Assembly: GCA_965214095.1 (NCBI GenBank)
Contig: OZ243938.1
Span: 2,464,001 to 2,528,000, forward strand
Length of the DNA stretch: 64,000 nt
Reading direction: 5' to 3'
Source of the DNA: Candidatus Poribacteria bacterium
Lineage (GTDB): Bacteria; Poribacteria; WGA-4E; WGA-3G
This document shows positions 1 through 10,074 of this stretch, piece by piece; within the stretch, counting starts at the first letter, position 1; the number at the start of each line of letters is the position of its first letter. The notes beneath the pieces were generated by a model. The model ran no database searches. It was not told the DNA's origin and saw only the letters and a program-made list of their open reading frames with translations. The position numbers and the translations under genes were made by a program.

Positions 1-2
1 TT

Positions 3-488
3 GAAGGTGAAGAGGTCGGGAAACTCTCTGATAATAGGTTAGCTGATATACGAAATAAAAAAATCGGCTTTGTATTTCAATCCTTCAATCTTCTGCCACG
101 GACGAGTGCGCTCCACAACGTTGAATTGCCGCTTATCTATTCAGGTTTAGGTAGAAAAGAACGCAAACGTAGAGCCTTTGAATCTTTGGAGGCGGTTGGA
201 TTAGCCGACCGTGTTGACCACAAATCAACTGAACTTTCTGGTGGACAGGTTCAACGTGTTGCGATTGCACGTGCACTTGTAAACAAACCATCAATGATCT
301 TTGCAGATGAACCGACAGGAAACTTGGATACGCGTTCTGGTGCCGAAATCCTTGCGATCTTTGACCGCCTAAATGATGATGGTAATACGATTATCATGGT
401 GACACATGAACCAGAGGTGGCAGAACATGCACGACGTGTCCTCCACATACGGGATGGACTCATTGAGCAAGATGAAAGGCGAGACTAA
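3..488 (+). CDS. ABC transporter ATP-binding protein, LolD/MacB family (5' partial)
   Basis: Frame is open from the window edge ([31 protein letters not shown]); signature [15 protein letters not shown], Walker [13 protein letters not shown]-loop MVTHE. Confidence 0.93.
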   Translation, partial: EGEEVGKLSDNRLADIRNKKIGFVFQSFNLLPRTSALHNVELPLIYSGLGRKERKRRAFESLEAVGLADRVDHKSTELSGGQVQRVAIARALVNKPSMIFADEPTGNLDTRSGAEILAIFDRLNDDGNTIIMVTHEPEVAEHARRVLHIRDGLIEQDERRD

Positions 489-1458
489 AACTGCAATCAA
501 AGAAGTCAGAATTACCACTCCCTCCAGACTTCATTTTTCATTGATAGATTTGAACGGTCAACTCGGACGGATTGATGGCGGGTTCGGGTTAACCATCAAT
601 GAACCGAACTTCCAAATTGTTGCTGAACCATCAACTGAAATCCTAGTTGAGTCTGATACATATCATGATCGGGCATGTGAGATTCTCACACGACTACAAA
701 AATCCTATCAGTTTCCAGGTATCAATCTGAAATTGACCTCTGAAATACCAACACATAGTGGCTTCGGTTCAGGAACCCAACTCTCTCTCGGTATCGCTTC
801 TGCCGTGAACACCCTTTACAATTTGAATTTAGATGTCTTGGAATTAGCCGAGGCAGTTGGACGTGGTGGCACATCTGGTATCGGTGTCGCGGCGTATGAA
901 ACTGGCGGTTTCATTGTAGATGGTGGACATCGATATCCTGAGCAGAAGTCCTCCTTTCTACCATCCGCCGCTGCAGATAATATTTCTCCTCCGCCGATTT
1001 TATCCCGACATACATTTCCTGAATGGCAACTCCTCATTGTGCTACCCAATTGTTCTCGTATTTACGGTGAGGAGGAATTAGACCTGTTCCGGACGCTCTG
1101 TCCTCAACCCGCATCTGTTGCACCGAAGTTGTCCCATCTTCTGCTTTTTAAAATATTGCCAGCAATTCTTGAAAATGATATGAACAGTTTTGGTGAAGCT
1201 TTAAACGAGATTCAAACATTCGGTTGGAAAAAGGTGGAAATTGATGCACAAGGTCCAGAATTGCAGCAAACACTTGAATTTTTACAAACCAACGGAGCGT
1301 TGGGGGCAGGTGTTAGCAGTTGGGGACCGGCTATCTGTGCTGTGAGCGAGGATATTGAAGGGTTGAAACGGAAAACAGAAATATTCTTGGGAGAGTTACC
1401 GAGTGGTGGGACTTGCTTTGTCACAACTGCGAATAACAGAGGCGCGTACATAAAATAG
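472..1458 (+). CDS. beta-ribofuranosylaminobenzene 5'-phosphate (RFAP) synthase family, GHMP kinase fold
   Basis: N-terminal [30 protein letters not shown] motif [37 protein letters not shown] and C-terminal ANNRGA. Start placed at ATG 472, overlapping the upstream gene end. Confidence 0.85.
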   Translation: MKGETKTAIKEVRITTPSRLHFSLIDLNGQLGRIDGGFGLTINEPNFQIVAEPSTEILVESDTYHDRACEILTRLQKSYQFPGINLKLTSEIPTHSGFGSGTQLSLGIASAVNTLYNLNLDVLELAEAVGRGGTSGIGVAAYETGGFIVDGGHRYPEQKSSFLPSAAADNISPPPILSRHTFPEWQLLIVLPNCSRIYGEEELDLFRTLCPQPASVAPKLSHLLLFKILPAILENDMNSFGEALNEIQTFGWKKVEIDAQGPELQQTLEFLQTNGALGAGVSSWGPAICAVSEDIEGLKRKTEIFLGELPSGGTCFVTTANNRGAYIK

Positions 1459-1568
1459 TTGGCTAAAGCATGAATGCTCCAACCAACTATCCTACAATCA
1501 ACAATTGAAATCTAACAATATGCAGTCTACTTTCTGCTATATTTCATAAGTGCGTTTGAACGCCAAGT

Positions 1569-1793
1569 TTACATACGCTCGAATTCTGAAAGCGTATTTT
1601 GTTTGACTCCTAACTCAGCCTGAAGATTACCAATGCTATTTTCCAAGTCTGCAATACTCTTCTGCTTATTTACAAAATCCTGCTCAAGTTGAGAGAAAAG
1701 TGTTTCAACCTCGAATAAATTGTTTTGTCTACCTCTTAGTCCATCCTCAAAATTTGTGATAATTTCTTGCAGGTTGGTTATACATTCTTTCAA
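1569..1793 (-). CDS. small coiled-coil hypothetical protein
   Basis: Heptad-rich E/Q/K/L composition; ATGA overlap with the upstream gene. Confidence 0.5.
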   Translation of the reverse strand: MKECITNLQEIITNFEDGLRGRQNNLFEVETLFSQLEQDFVNKQKSIADLENSIGNLQAELGVKQNTLSEFERM

Positions 1794-2077
1794 CCATGCT
1801 TTTTTTCATCTGAAGTTGTATCATGCATTTGACTTTGGAGCAGCTCTTGTTCCGATTTTTTTTCATCTATTACGTCTTGAATTTGATTGATGGAGTTTTG
1901 AAACTTGGTTTCCATTTCAGTTCTTTTCTTTATTTTTTCCTCTTGAAACGTCGTGTTCAATTCTTCCAACTTTAATTTCATCGCAGTTTTTTCAGCTATT
2001 GCGATTCGAATCTGGTAGATGGATTCTTCTAATTCAGCAATATGCTGAGTCATCTGCATATCTTTTTCAGTTGCCAT
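1790..2077 (-). CDS. coiled-coil hypothetical protein
   Basis: GGAG RBS upstream of ATG 2077 (MATEKDMQ); heptad pattern. Confidence 0.6.
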   Translation of the reverse strand: MATEKDMQMTQHIAELEESIYQIRIAIAEKTAMKLKLEELNTTFQEEKIKKRTEMETKFQNSINQIQDVIDEKKSEQELLQSQMHDTTSDEKKHG

Positions 2078-2124
2078 CGTCTCATCTCCATTGAAATGAT
2101 ATGCATACTGAAGCAAGAGATAAC

Positions 2125-2739
2125 CTATCCTTCCGCAGAAGCATAATAAGGATTAGTTCCTGATGCATGGTCGGTAGTATCAATGACCTGTGTGATCTCA
2201 GGAAACACTTCCTGTATCATCGCTTCAATACCATGTTTGAGCGTCGCATTCGCCATTCCACAACCTTGGCATCCACCACCCATGTGTATATAGATTGCAT
2301 CATCTTCAACGTTTAGCAATTCAATTTGTCCACCGTGCGCTGCAACTGCCGGGTTAATTCTTTCATCAATGAGTTCTTGAATCTTTTGTGCCTTTGGATT
2401 GTCCCAAGTTGGCTTATTCGGATTTTCTATCTTAAAGCCGCTGGAATTGAGATCTTCTACATAGTCAATAACTGCACCTTTAAGATCTGGGGCACTTTTT
2501 GCATCAACTAAGACCTTAAAAGCATCCATTTCAATAACAATGTCGTCCTCCTCGGTATCCGTTGCCAAACCGAGGCTATATTGGAAATCGGAAGCACTGC
2601 GACCTTCAATACCGATCCGCAGTCCCTCCACTTCCACTTCTTCTGCATCAATAACTTCTTGAATCTTATCTTGCGCGGTTTTTGTTACCGCCAACAAAGA
2701 GGCTTCAGACCCCGCAAGTTTTTTAAATAGATTCTTCAT
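2125..2739 (-). CDS. nfuA: Fe-S cluster carrier NfuA (degenerate A-type domain plus NifU C-terminal domain)
   Basis: HesB-like N-half (GFKIENPN) plus INPAVAAHGG and MGGGCQGC CxxC, ending DTTDHASGTNPYY. Start uncertain (2739 or 2760). Confidence 0.88.
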   Translation of the reverse strand: MKNLFKKLAGSEASLLAVTKTAQDKIQEVIDAEEVEVEGLRIGIEGRSASDFQYSLGLATDTEEDDIVIEMDAFKVLVDAKSAPDLKGAVIDYVEDLNSSGFKIENPNKPTWDNPKAQKIQELIDERINPAVAAHGGQIELLNVEDDAIYIHMGGGCQGCGMANATLKHGIEAMIQEVFPEITQVIDTTDHASGTNPYYASAEG

Positions 2740-2762
2740 AAGTTTCCTTTGGGTTTCCAAAT

Positions 2763-3731
2763 TTAAGCTGCTGTTTTGTCAGCATTATAATCTGTTCGGA
2801 ATTCACCCATTTCGTTGTAAAGGTTGCTTAATTGCGAAATTGCATAGATTTCTAACTGCCGAATTCGTTCCCGTGTGACATCAAGGGCATCTCCGATTTC
2901 ACGTAACGTTTTACGTTCTCCATCTTCAAGCCCAAAACGCATTTTAAGAACTTGTTGTTCACGTTCAGACAATTTGCTGAGGAACTGTTGTACCAAATCA
3001 TGTGTGATCAATTGAGCAATCGCACCATCTTCTGAAGTTGTTGAGGGGTCTTCAATCAAATCCCCCAGTGTAGCTGAACTTCGGGATGAACGTTCATCAC
3101 CCAATGGTAAATCCATTGAAATGGTATCAGCATTAAAAGTAAGAATTTCTTCTACTTGTTGTACAGTTAGGTCAAGTGCTTCAGCGATTTCAGCACGGGT
3201 CGGTTCTCGCTGAAGTTCTTGGCATAGTGCAGCATAAGTTGCATCAAACTTGTTCATCTTCGCAACGATATACGCCGGTAAGCGAATAGAGCGTGCAAAG
3301 TTATCAAGTGTCCGCATAATTGATTGTTTAATCCACCAGATTGCGTAGGTGCTAAACTTAAAGCCTTTCCGATAATCAAATTTAGTCGCAGCCTTAATTA
3401 AGCCGATATTTCCTTCTTGAATTAGATCTTCAAGCGGGACTTTGTTTCCTTGATACCTGACCGCAATCGAAATGACGAGACGCAGATTAGCCTGAACCAA
3501 CTCGTCGCGCGCAGCTGTATCACCAGCTTCAATCCGTTTTGCTAATTCAACTTCTTCTTCGCGGGTTAATAATCGATGTCCCGCAACACTCCGTAACCAA
3601 CTCGTTAGTGCACTTCTGTCGCTACCTTTGTAGTCATTTGCATATTCTGTTTCTTCCGAAGGATACACCTCATCTATTAATGTGTCAACACCTTGGATAT
3701 CTTCTGTTTCACCGAAGAACTCGGTTTCCAT
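2763..3731 (-). CDS. RNA polymerase sigma-70 family factor (RpoD/RpoS-like, short N-terminus)
   Basis: LLTREEEVELA (region 1.2), ANLRLVISIA, DLIQEGNIGL, GFKFSTYAIWWI (region 2), TLREIG...VTRERIRQLE (region 4). Confidence 0.95.
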   Translation of the reverse strand: METEFFGETEDIQGVDTLIDEVYPSEETEYANDYKGSDRSALTSWLRSVAGHRLLTREEEVELAKRIEAGDTAARDELVQANLRLVISIAVRYQGNKVPLEDLIQEGNIGLIKAATKFDYRKGFKFSTYAIWWIKQSIMRTLDNFARSIRLPAYIVAKMNKFDATYAALCQELQREPTRAEIAEALDLTVQQVEEILTFNADTISMDLPLGDERSSRSSATLGDLIEDPSTTSEDGAIAQLITHDLVQQFLSKLSEREQQVLKMRFGLEDGERKTLREIGDALDVTRERIRQLEIYAISQLSNLYNEMGEFRTDYNADKTAA

Positions 3732-4328
3732 TCTTCTCCTCTCCTTATATAAAATTAAAAAATAAAATCTGCCAAAAAATTATATTACAATATACTATAA
3801 CGTTTTGTCAAGCAAATTGTTTAAAAAAAATGACTATATTTGTCAAAATTTGACGGGAAACACTTGAAAACACCATTTTTCACTACTTTTTTCACAAATT
3901 GCGAACTTAAACAAGGTTCTTTAGTCTAAATAGAAAATTGGATTTTGTGATCTCACTAAACTTTAATCGACCTGAGATATGTTGCATTTATAGGTGGATG
4001 TTATCCGAATAAATCCAATTTCAGTTATTTTACCTTAAAATGGGTTATATTGTGGGGAAATTAAACTATTTGGCATTCCATATCGTCTATAATAGATAAA
4101 TTCAAGAGATAATATATACAGATATCCATTCCGAAACTTAATTGAGAAGTTTCTTCAATCCCCACATGATACTACATTTCTTCGTGATAAACCACACCCG
4201 TGGCAATATAGATAATACATCGGTTAGACCAGCAGCTATGTATAGCGTGACTTGTTGATTTAAACTTATTAGGTTTTCCTGCGTCAAAAAACACTGATAA
4301 TCAGCAAACCAATGAGGAAGAATAAATT

Positions 4329-6206
4329 ATGTATGGCACTCCAGTTAAGAAATCGCTCGTAGAAGTGTTACGTGAAGCAAATCTGATTTCAGATCAGGAT
4401 TATCAAGAAATTCATGAAAAAATACTTGAAGGTTGGGTGAGTAAGCCGGTCCAATCGGATGTTGATGTGAATGATGATGATCAGGCGGGATTGCAAAGTT
4501 ACCACCAAATTCTTGATGAAATAGAAAAGGCTGGCGAATCTGAGGAGTTAATTATATCCGAATACGTGTCCCCGAAAATTATTGAACTTGCCAAAAAAGG
4601 ACGCGAATTCGGAACGGCTATAACTCATTTGAATGATATCAATCCAGAAAAGGAAGTTCTTGACAAGGTACAACCCAGTTTCGCTAATCGCAATAAAGTT
4701 TTTCCAATACACCTTGAAGACAATGTCCTTACTTTAGCAGTAGCAGATGTTCAAGATGTGATGCTAATTGACCAAATTCGGTATTTCACCGAGTGTGAAC
4801 TGAATCTTCTGCTTGCCGATGAAGACGAAATTACAGATGCTATCGTTCGGTTTTATGGCAAAGACGCTGCATCAATCTTAAGTGCAGGTATCAAAGGCCC
4901 GGTTGGTGCTGCTGCTGCAATTGAACGTGCCAGTATTGATGACTTTGGTATTGATGAAAAGGATCTCAGCGAAGACCCAACAGTTGTTGACGCTGTTTAT
5001 CAGATGATAATTGACGCAGTACGTGCGGGGGCAAGTGACATCCATATAGAACCCTATCCGAGTGAACTTAAGATACGTTATCGTGTTGACGGTGTATTGG
5101 AAGATCAACCACAACCACCCGCGTATCTCCAGTCTGCAATTACCTCTCGTATCAAGATTCTTGCGGAGATGGATGTGTCAGAACGTCGTCGTCCACAAGA
5201 TGGCAAAATCAGTATGGAGATCGCTAGTCTTGGTGGTCGTCAGATTGACCTTCGTGTGTCTACAGTGCCTACTGTTGCCACACAACATAGTGAAAGTGTT
5301 GTGCTCCGTATTCTTGACCGTCAATCTATTGAATTTGGATTAGCGCAACTCGGTCTTACACACAATAATTTTGATCTTTTCCAACGTATGATACATAAGC
5401 CGCACGGCATTATTCTCGCAACTGGTCCTACTGGTAGTGGAAAAACCACATCACTTTATGCGTGTTTGAAAGAGATTAACACGCCACATGTTAAAATCAT
5501 AACACTTGAAGACCCTGTTGAATATGAATTGGAAGGGATCAACCAAGTTCAGGTTAATCCTGAGATCGGTTTTTCATTTGCCAATGGTTTACGACATATT
5601 TTACGGCAAGACCCTGACAAGGTATTGGTCGGTGAAATTCGTGATGAAGAAACAGCTGAAATGGCAATTCATACATCGCTTACAGGTCACCTTGTCTTTA
5701 GTACACTACATACAAACGATGCACCTGGTGCTATCACACGTCTGATTGATATGGGGGTTGAACCGTATTTGGTTGCGTCAACATTAGAAGGTATCATAGC
5801 CCAACGTTTGGCAAGACGGGTTTGTCATTCATGCTGTGAAATGTATAAGCCAAGTGAAGAGGAAATTTCTGGTTTCTTTAGCAGCAATGATGTCAATGTG
5901 TCAACAGACCTTGAAATCCCACTGGCTAACGATGATGGTTGTAATGAATGTCGTGGTAGAGGGTATAGAGGTAGGATCGGTATTTTTGAAGTTATTTATA
6001 TGTCTGAGGAATTACGGACACTCGCCCTTGAACGTCCCTCAACAAGTGAACTACGTCAACTCGCGATGAAAACGGGGATGAGGAGTCTACGCGATGATGG
6101 ATGGCAAAAGATCACCGATGGACAAACTACCATTGCAGAAGTGGCTCGCCTTACACAAGAAGATGTTTACGATTTTGAAGAGGATGATACATCCAACCCT
6201 GAATAG
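4329..6206 (+). CDS. gspE: GspE/PilB secretion ATPase
   Basis: ASDIHIEP, GPTGSGKTT, TLEDPVEY, LRQDPD, STLHTND, tetra-Cys zinc motif. Confidence 0.95.
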   Translation: MYGTPVKKSLVEVLREANLISDQDYQEIHEKILEGWVSKPVQSDVDVNDDDQAGLQSYHQILDEIEKAGESEELIISEYVSPKIIELAKKGREFGTAITHLNDINPEKEVLDKVQPSFANRNKVFPIHLEDNVLTLAVADVQDVMLIDQIRYFTECELNLLLADEDEITDAIVRFYGKDAASILSAGIKGPVGAAAAIERASIDDFGIDEKDLSEDPTVVDAVYQMIIDAVRAGASDIHIEPYPSELKIRYRVDGVLEDQPQPPAYLQSAITSRIKILAEMDVSERRRPQDGKISMEIASLGGRQIDLRVSTVPTVATQHSESVVLRILDRQSIEFGLAQLGLTHNNFDLFQRMIHKPHGIILATGPTGSGKTTSLYACLKEINTPHVKIITLEDPVEYELEGINQVQVNPEIGFSFANGLRHILRQDPDKVLVGEIRDEETAEMAIHTSLTGHLVFSTLHTNDAPGAITRLIDMGVEPYLVASTLEGIIAQRLARRVCHSCCEMYKPSEEEISGFFSSNDVNVSTDLEIPLANDDGCNECRGRGYRGRIGIFEVIYMSEELRTLALERPSTSELRQLAMKTGMRSLRDDGWQKITDGQTTIAEVARLTQEDVYDFEEDDTSNPE

Positions 6207-6252
6207 GATTGTAAGTATCAACTTATGAAATCATTTTGATGAGAGATAAACA

Positions 6253-7473
6253 ATGCCAAGATTTCAATATGAAGCTATGACCAGTGGCGGACAAACGGTC
6301 AACAACACCTTAGAAGCAGATTCCAGAGGAGAGTGTATTTCCCTACTGCAACAGATGGGATACTTTCCCACGAAAGTTGAAGAAGAGGGAGAGGTGCTTG
6401 AAGCCAAAGCAAAACGGTTATTTAGCATCGGTACTGCGAAAATCAAGCCGGCTGAAGTTGAGTTCTTCACATACCAATTGGCAGCCTTAGTGAATGCTCA
6501 CGTTGCACTTCCGCGTGCAATAGAGGTGACATTAGAACAGATTTCAAATCCAGAGTTAAACCGCGTTGTCTCCCAGGTCAAATACGATGTTGAACACGGC
6601 GCAACTTTTAACGATGCATTGCAAGAACATCCCAAAGTCTTTTCTGAACTCTATGTTAACATGGTAAAAGCGGGAGAAGCAGGGGGTGTATTAGGAGAGG
6701 TATTAGAACGTTTGGCAGAATTCGCTGAAAAGCAGCGAATTCTCAAAAACCAGGTCGTTTCGGCTCTGTTTTATCCGGCTATTCTCTTCGGACTTATGAT
6801 GTTATCCGTTGCTGTTTTGATGATCTTTGTCATTCCGAAGTTCACGATGATGTTTGATGACCTTGGTGGTGAATTGCCACTTCCAACTCTTATCCTTATC
6901 GGTATTTCAGATACATTGGCAAGTTATTGGTGGATAGGGATTTTAGTCGCTGCGCCTATTTTTATATTACTCAGAAATTATTTGCAGACAGATAACGGCA
7001 GAATGCAATTTGATAAATTAAAGACAAAGTTACCACTTGTAGGTGAAATATTTAGCACCTTTGCTATCGTCCGATTTACGCGTACATTAGCAACGCTTTT
7101 GGAAAACGGTGTCCGCATGCTTCCTGCCCTAAATGTTGTTAAAGATACAATCGGTAACAAGTTTTACAGTAATATTATTGCTGAAACAGAAATAGAAGTG
7201 GAACAAGGATCAACACTTTCACGCGAACTTGAGCAACGAGAAGACTTTCCTACACTCGTCACACACATGATCGCTGTCGGTGAGGAATCTGGTGAACCTG
7301 TTACAATGTTAACAAAATTGTCTGATTACTACGACATGGAGATCAAGAAAAGTCTTGAACGGGTGACGGGTTCAATCGGTCCTTTAGTTATTCTGATAAT
7401 GGGTTTACTCATCGGATTTATCGCTGTAGCAATGATTCTACCTATATTTGAGGTAAACAAGTTGATAGAATAG
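6253..7473 (+). CDS. gspF: GspF/PilC inner-membrane platform protein
   Basis: Two T2SSF domains (AGEAGGVL; VGEESG), three TM segments, C-terminal AMILPIF. Confidence 0.95.
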   Translation: MPRFQYEAMTSGGQTVNNTLEADSRGECISLLQQMGYFPTKVEEEGEVLEAKAKRLFSIGTAKIKPAEVEFFTYQLAALVNAHVALPRAIEVTLEQISNPELNRVVSQVKYDVEHGATFNDALQEHPKVFSELYVNMVKAGEAGGVLGEVLERLAEFAEKQRILKNQVVSALFYPAILFGLMMLSVAVLMIFVIPKFTMMFDDLGGELPLPTLILIGISDTLASYWWIGILVAAPIFILLRNYLQTDNGRMQFDKLKTKLPLVGEIFSTFAIVRFTRTLATLLENGVRMLPALNVVKDTIGNKFYSNIIAETEIEVEQGSTLSRELEQREDFPTLVTHMIAVGEESGEPVTMLTKLSDYYDMEIKKSLERVTGSIGPLVILIMGLLIGFIAVAMILPIFEVNKLIE

Positions 7474-7607
7474 TCCGACAGATGTTACGGTTTTCAAGGT
7501 TAATTATCTAAACTATCACAGTAAATATGTGTCTAAACACAGACAAGTTTTACAAATAACCTAAATACAAGAATGTGTGCACTGCACAAACATAAGGAGT
7601 GAGTTAC

Positions 7608-8066
7608 ATGTTTAAAAAACTTAGAACAGACGAATCAGGACTAACACTGATTGAACTAACGATCGTAATAGCGATCTTAGGTATTTTGGCTGCATTTATA
7701 GCACCGCGGGTAATAACTGCAATTGACGACGCTAAGGTCGGAAAAGCACGCACAGAAATTGCTAATCTCAGAGTATCTTTATCTAAATTTTCAGTAGATG
7801 TTGGTAGATATCCATCATCTGAAGAGGGATTGGATGCATTGTGGCGTTCTCCGAGCCAAGAACTTACAAGTTGGAGAGGACCTTACGTGGAAGACCCAAT
7901 ATCCGTTGATCCATGGAACAACGAATACATCTATAGGTTCCCTGGAACACACTATGGATATGATTACGACCTGATGTCTTACGGTCGAGATGGTAAACTT
8001 GGAGGTGAAGATCTTGATAAAGATATCACCAACTGGGTTGAAGAACAGGAAGCTGGCACCCAGTAG
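7608..8066 (+). CDS. gspG: major pseudopilin GspG
   Basis: Class III signal ESG|LTLIEL; DVGRYPSSEEGLDAL, WRGPY, DPWNNEYIY, SYGRDGKLGG, DITNW. AAGGAG RBS before ATG 7608. Confidence 0.95.
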   Translation: MFKKLRTDESGLTLIELTIVIAILGILAAFIAPRVITAIDDAKVGKARTEIANLRVSLSKFSVDVGRYPSSEEGLDALWRSPSQELTSWRGPYVEDPISVDPWNNEYIYRFPGTHYGYDYDLMSYGRDGKLGGEDLDKDITNWVEEQEAGTQ

Positions 8067-8097
8067 ACCTTTGTTTTTAAATATAATAAATCCACAC

Positions 8098-8727
8098 ATG
8101 ATGAAAGGTTCTCTGAGACGAACCTCCTATAATACTGAAGGTGGTTTTAGTCTTATGGAAATCATGGTGGTATTGGCGATTATTGCCGTATTGTCCTCAA
8201 TATCTGCACCTGCTTTACGAGGGTTTGCCGCAACACGTCGTTTAAAGACCGCTGCAGAGGCTGTTGCTGATACACTCACATTCGCTCGTGACATGGCAAT
8301 AACTGAACGCAATACACACCTGGTTGTTTTTGATATGGATGCAAATAGATATTGGTTAGCATCCAGTGAAACTTTTGACATACAAAATCCAGCAGCTTCA
8401 GCGGGAAGAACCATAGAAACTAATCAAGCAAATGGTCAACAAATGATGGTCTCACGGACTGATGGAGTCATGGGAATCCCAAGACCTCTAAATCGAGGTG
8501 TTTCCATTTCGTCTTTCGTTACAACACATAACGGCGTGAGCCAGCAGATTATTTCTGGTGTGGACTACGTTTATTTTACGCCGACAGCAACATCGGTAGA
8601 TGCTGTTGTGTATTTACAAAACCTTAATGATGTTGTCATTGCAATTACTGTGGAGGCAGCCACTGGACGATCCAGTATAGAGGAACTGTCACCGCAACAA
8701 ATTCAAACCTTGGGATTAGGAAACTAA
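8098..8727 (+). CDS. minor pseudopilin, GspH/FimT-like
   Basis: Prepilin motif EGG|FSLMEIMVVLAII followed by ARDMAI. Confidence 0.85.
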   Translation: MMKGSLRRTSYNTEGGFSLMEIMVVLAIIAVLSSISAPALRGFAATRRLKTAAEAVADTLTFARDMAITERNTHLVVFDMDANRYWLASSETFDIQNPAASAGRTIETNQANGQQMMVSRTDGVMGIPRPLNRGVSISSFVTTHNGVSQQIISGVDYVYFTPTATSVDAVVYLQNLNDVVIAITVEAATGRSSIEELSPQQIQTLGLGN

Positions 8728-8734
8728 ATGTATC

Positions 8735-9142
8735 ATGTCTAAACAACATGCTTACTCTCGTGAAGAGGGTTATACACTCGCAGAAATACTTGTAACCATA
8801 GCAATTATGGCTGCTATCTTGCCGGCACTGTTAAAGGTCTTTAGTGACACCTCAAGCAACATCGGCAGATCTGATCACCGTATCACTGCTCTCTATCTGC
8901 TCCAATCTAAGATGGCAGAGATTGAAGCAAACGGTTTCCCAGAAGTCGGTCCAGAGAATGATGTGTTTGGTGGCACCTCTATTTTTGAATGGCAATCTGT
9001 CGTATCAGATATAGAAACTGAGGAAATGTTGCCACTGCGAAAGGTTGAATTAACTGTTTCTTGGGAACATTTGAACAAGGTGGATTCAATTAGTGTGTTT
9101 ACCTATATGGCAGACCGAGCAGCTCAACAACAGGAACAATAA
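8735..9142 (+). CDS. minor pseudopilin, GspI-like
   Basis: EEG|YTLAEILVTIAI and LRKVELTVSW; position in the operon. Confidence 0.82.
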   Translation: MSKQHAYSREEGYTLAEILVTIAIMAAILPALLKVFSDTSSNIGRSDHRITALYLLQSKMAEIEANGFPEVGPENDVFGGTSIFEWQSVVSDIETEEMLPLRKVELTVSWEHLNKVDSISVFTYMADRAAQQQEQ

Positions 9143-9189
9143 ATAAAGTGTCTGTAGCAATACAAGACTGTTACTGTGGTAAAAGTATT

Positions 9190-10062
9190 ATGAGAAACCT
9201 GCTAAAGAAGTGCGAAAGTGGACTTACACTCGTTGAGATGCTGACAGCAGTTAGTGTCATTATAATTATGGGTGGTGCCTCTTACGCCGTCTTCAATACA
9301 GCAATTGATACATATCATCTTGCAGAGTCTAAATTAATTCAGGCACAACGTGTCCGTTTCGCCTTAGACAAGATAACTAAAGACTTAAGCCAGATACAAG
9401 CAGATACATCAGATGAAATGTTAGCAATCTTTTCCCAAGACTCGCCTACTGCTGCAGGTGATACGGATATACTTAGTGTTGTCACATTGGTTAAAACAGA
9501 CCCGGAATTGTTTGCCGAACAGATACGCGTTAGGAGAGACTCAACACAGAAACCGACTTTGAGCGATGTTAGACGTGTGGTGTATTATGTAGGGACGAAG
9601 ATACCTATAGAGATGAGACAAAATGAGTCATATATTCCGCCCCCTTATACGGCTTCTCAAGTAACCGGACAAAACGCCTCTGCACCAGACTCACTAACAC
9701 TTTACCGTATCGTAACGACTGCATTAGACCCTGAATTAGTTGTTGACGCATTTATGAATTCTGGAACGATCCCACAAGTTGATGAAAGTGGTGCACCGCT
9801 TCACTTTGAAGTAACACCAATAGTTAATGGTATCGTTAACTTTGATCTTAAGTATTATGATGCAGAAGCTCCTTATGATATGTGGGAACAGACAGATGCG
9901 ATACCTCTTATCGTTCAAATATTCATCAGCGTGATTGATGAAGAAGCGAGACAAACTGCACAAACACAAACTCTTGTTCAAACTCCAGGAGAAATACCAT
10001 CAGACGCGTTAACTCAATCAATTATGGTGCATCTGCCGCCAAGCGCAAATGCTTCTGAGTAA
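9190..10062 (+). CDS. minor pseudopilin, GspJ-like
   Basis: ESG|LTLVEMLTAV, ITKDL, C-terminal FDLKYYD...W...IP. Start at ATG 9190 (GTG 9148 is an alternative). Confidence 0.82.
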   Translation: MRNLLKKCESGLTLVEMLTAVSVIIIMGGASYAVFNTAIDTYHLAESKLIQAQRVRFALDKITKDLSQIQADTSDEMLAIFSQDSPTAAGDTDILSVVTLVKTDPELFAEQIRVRRDSTQKPTLSDVRRVVYYVGTKIPIEMRQNESYIPPPYTASQVTGQNASAPDSLTLYRIVTTALDPELVVDAFMNSGTIPQVDESGAPLHFEVTPIVNGIVNFDLKYYDAEAPYDMWEQTDAIPLIVQIFISVIDEEARQTAQTQTLVQTPGEIPSDALTQSIMVHLPPSANASE

Positions 10063-10074
10063 CAAAAGGATAGG

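Noticed and set aside
406-471. N-terminal extension of the RFAP synthase ORF from 406
   Set aside because: It overlaps the conserved end of the ABC ATPase; family similarity begins after ATG 472.
7990-8097. Long start for the GspH-like ORF
   Set aside because: It overlaps gspG; the prepilin leader fits a start at 8098 or 8101.
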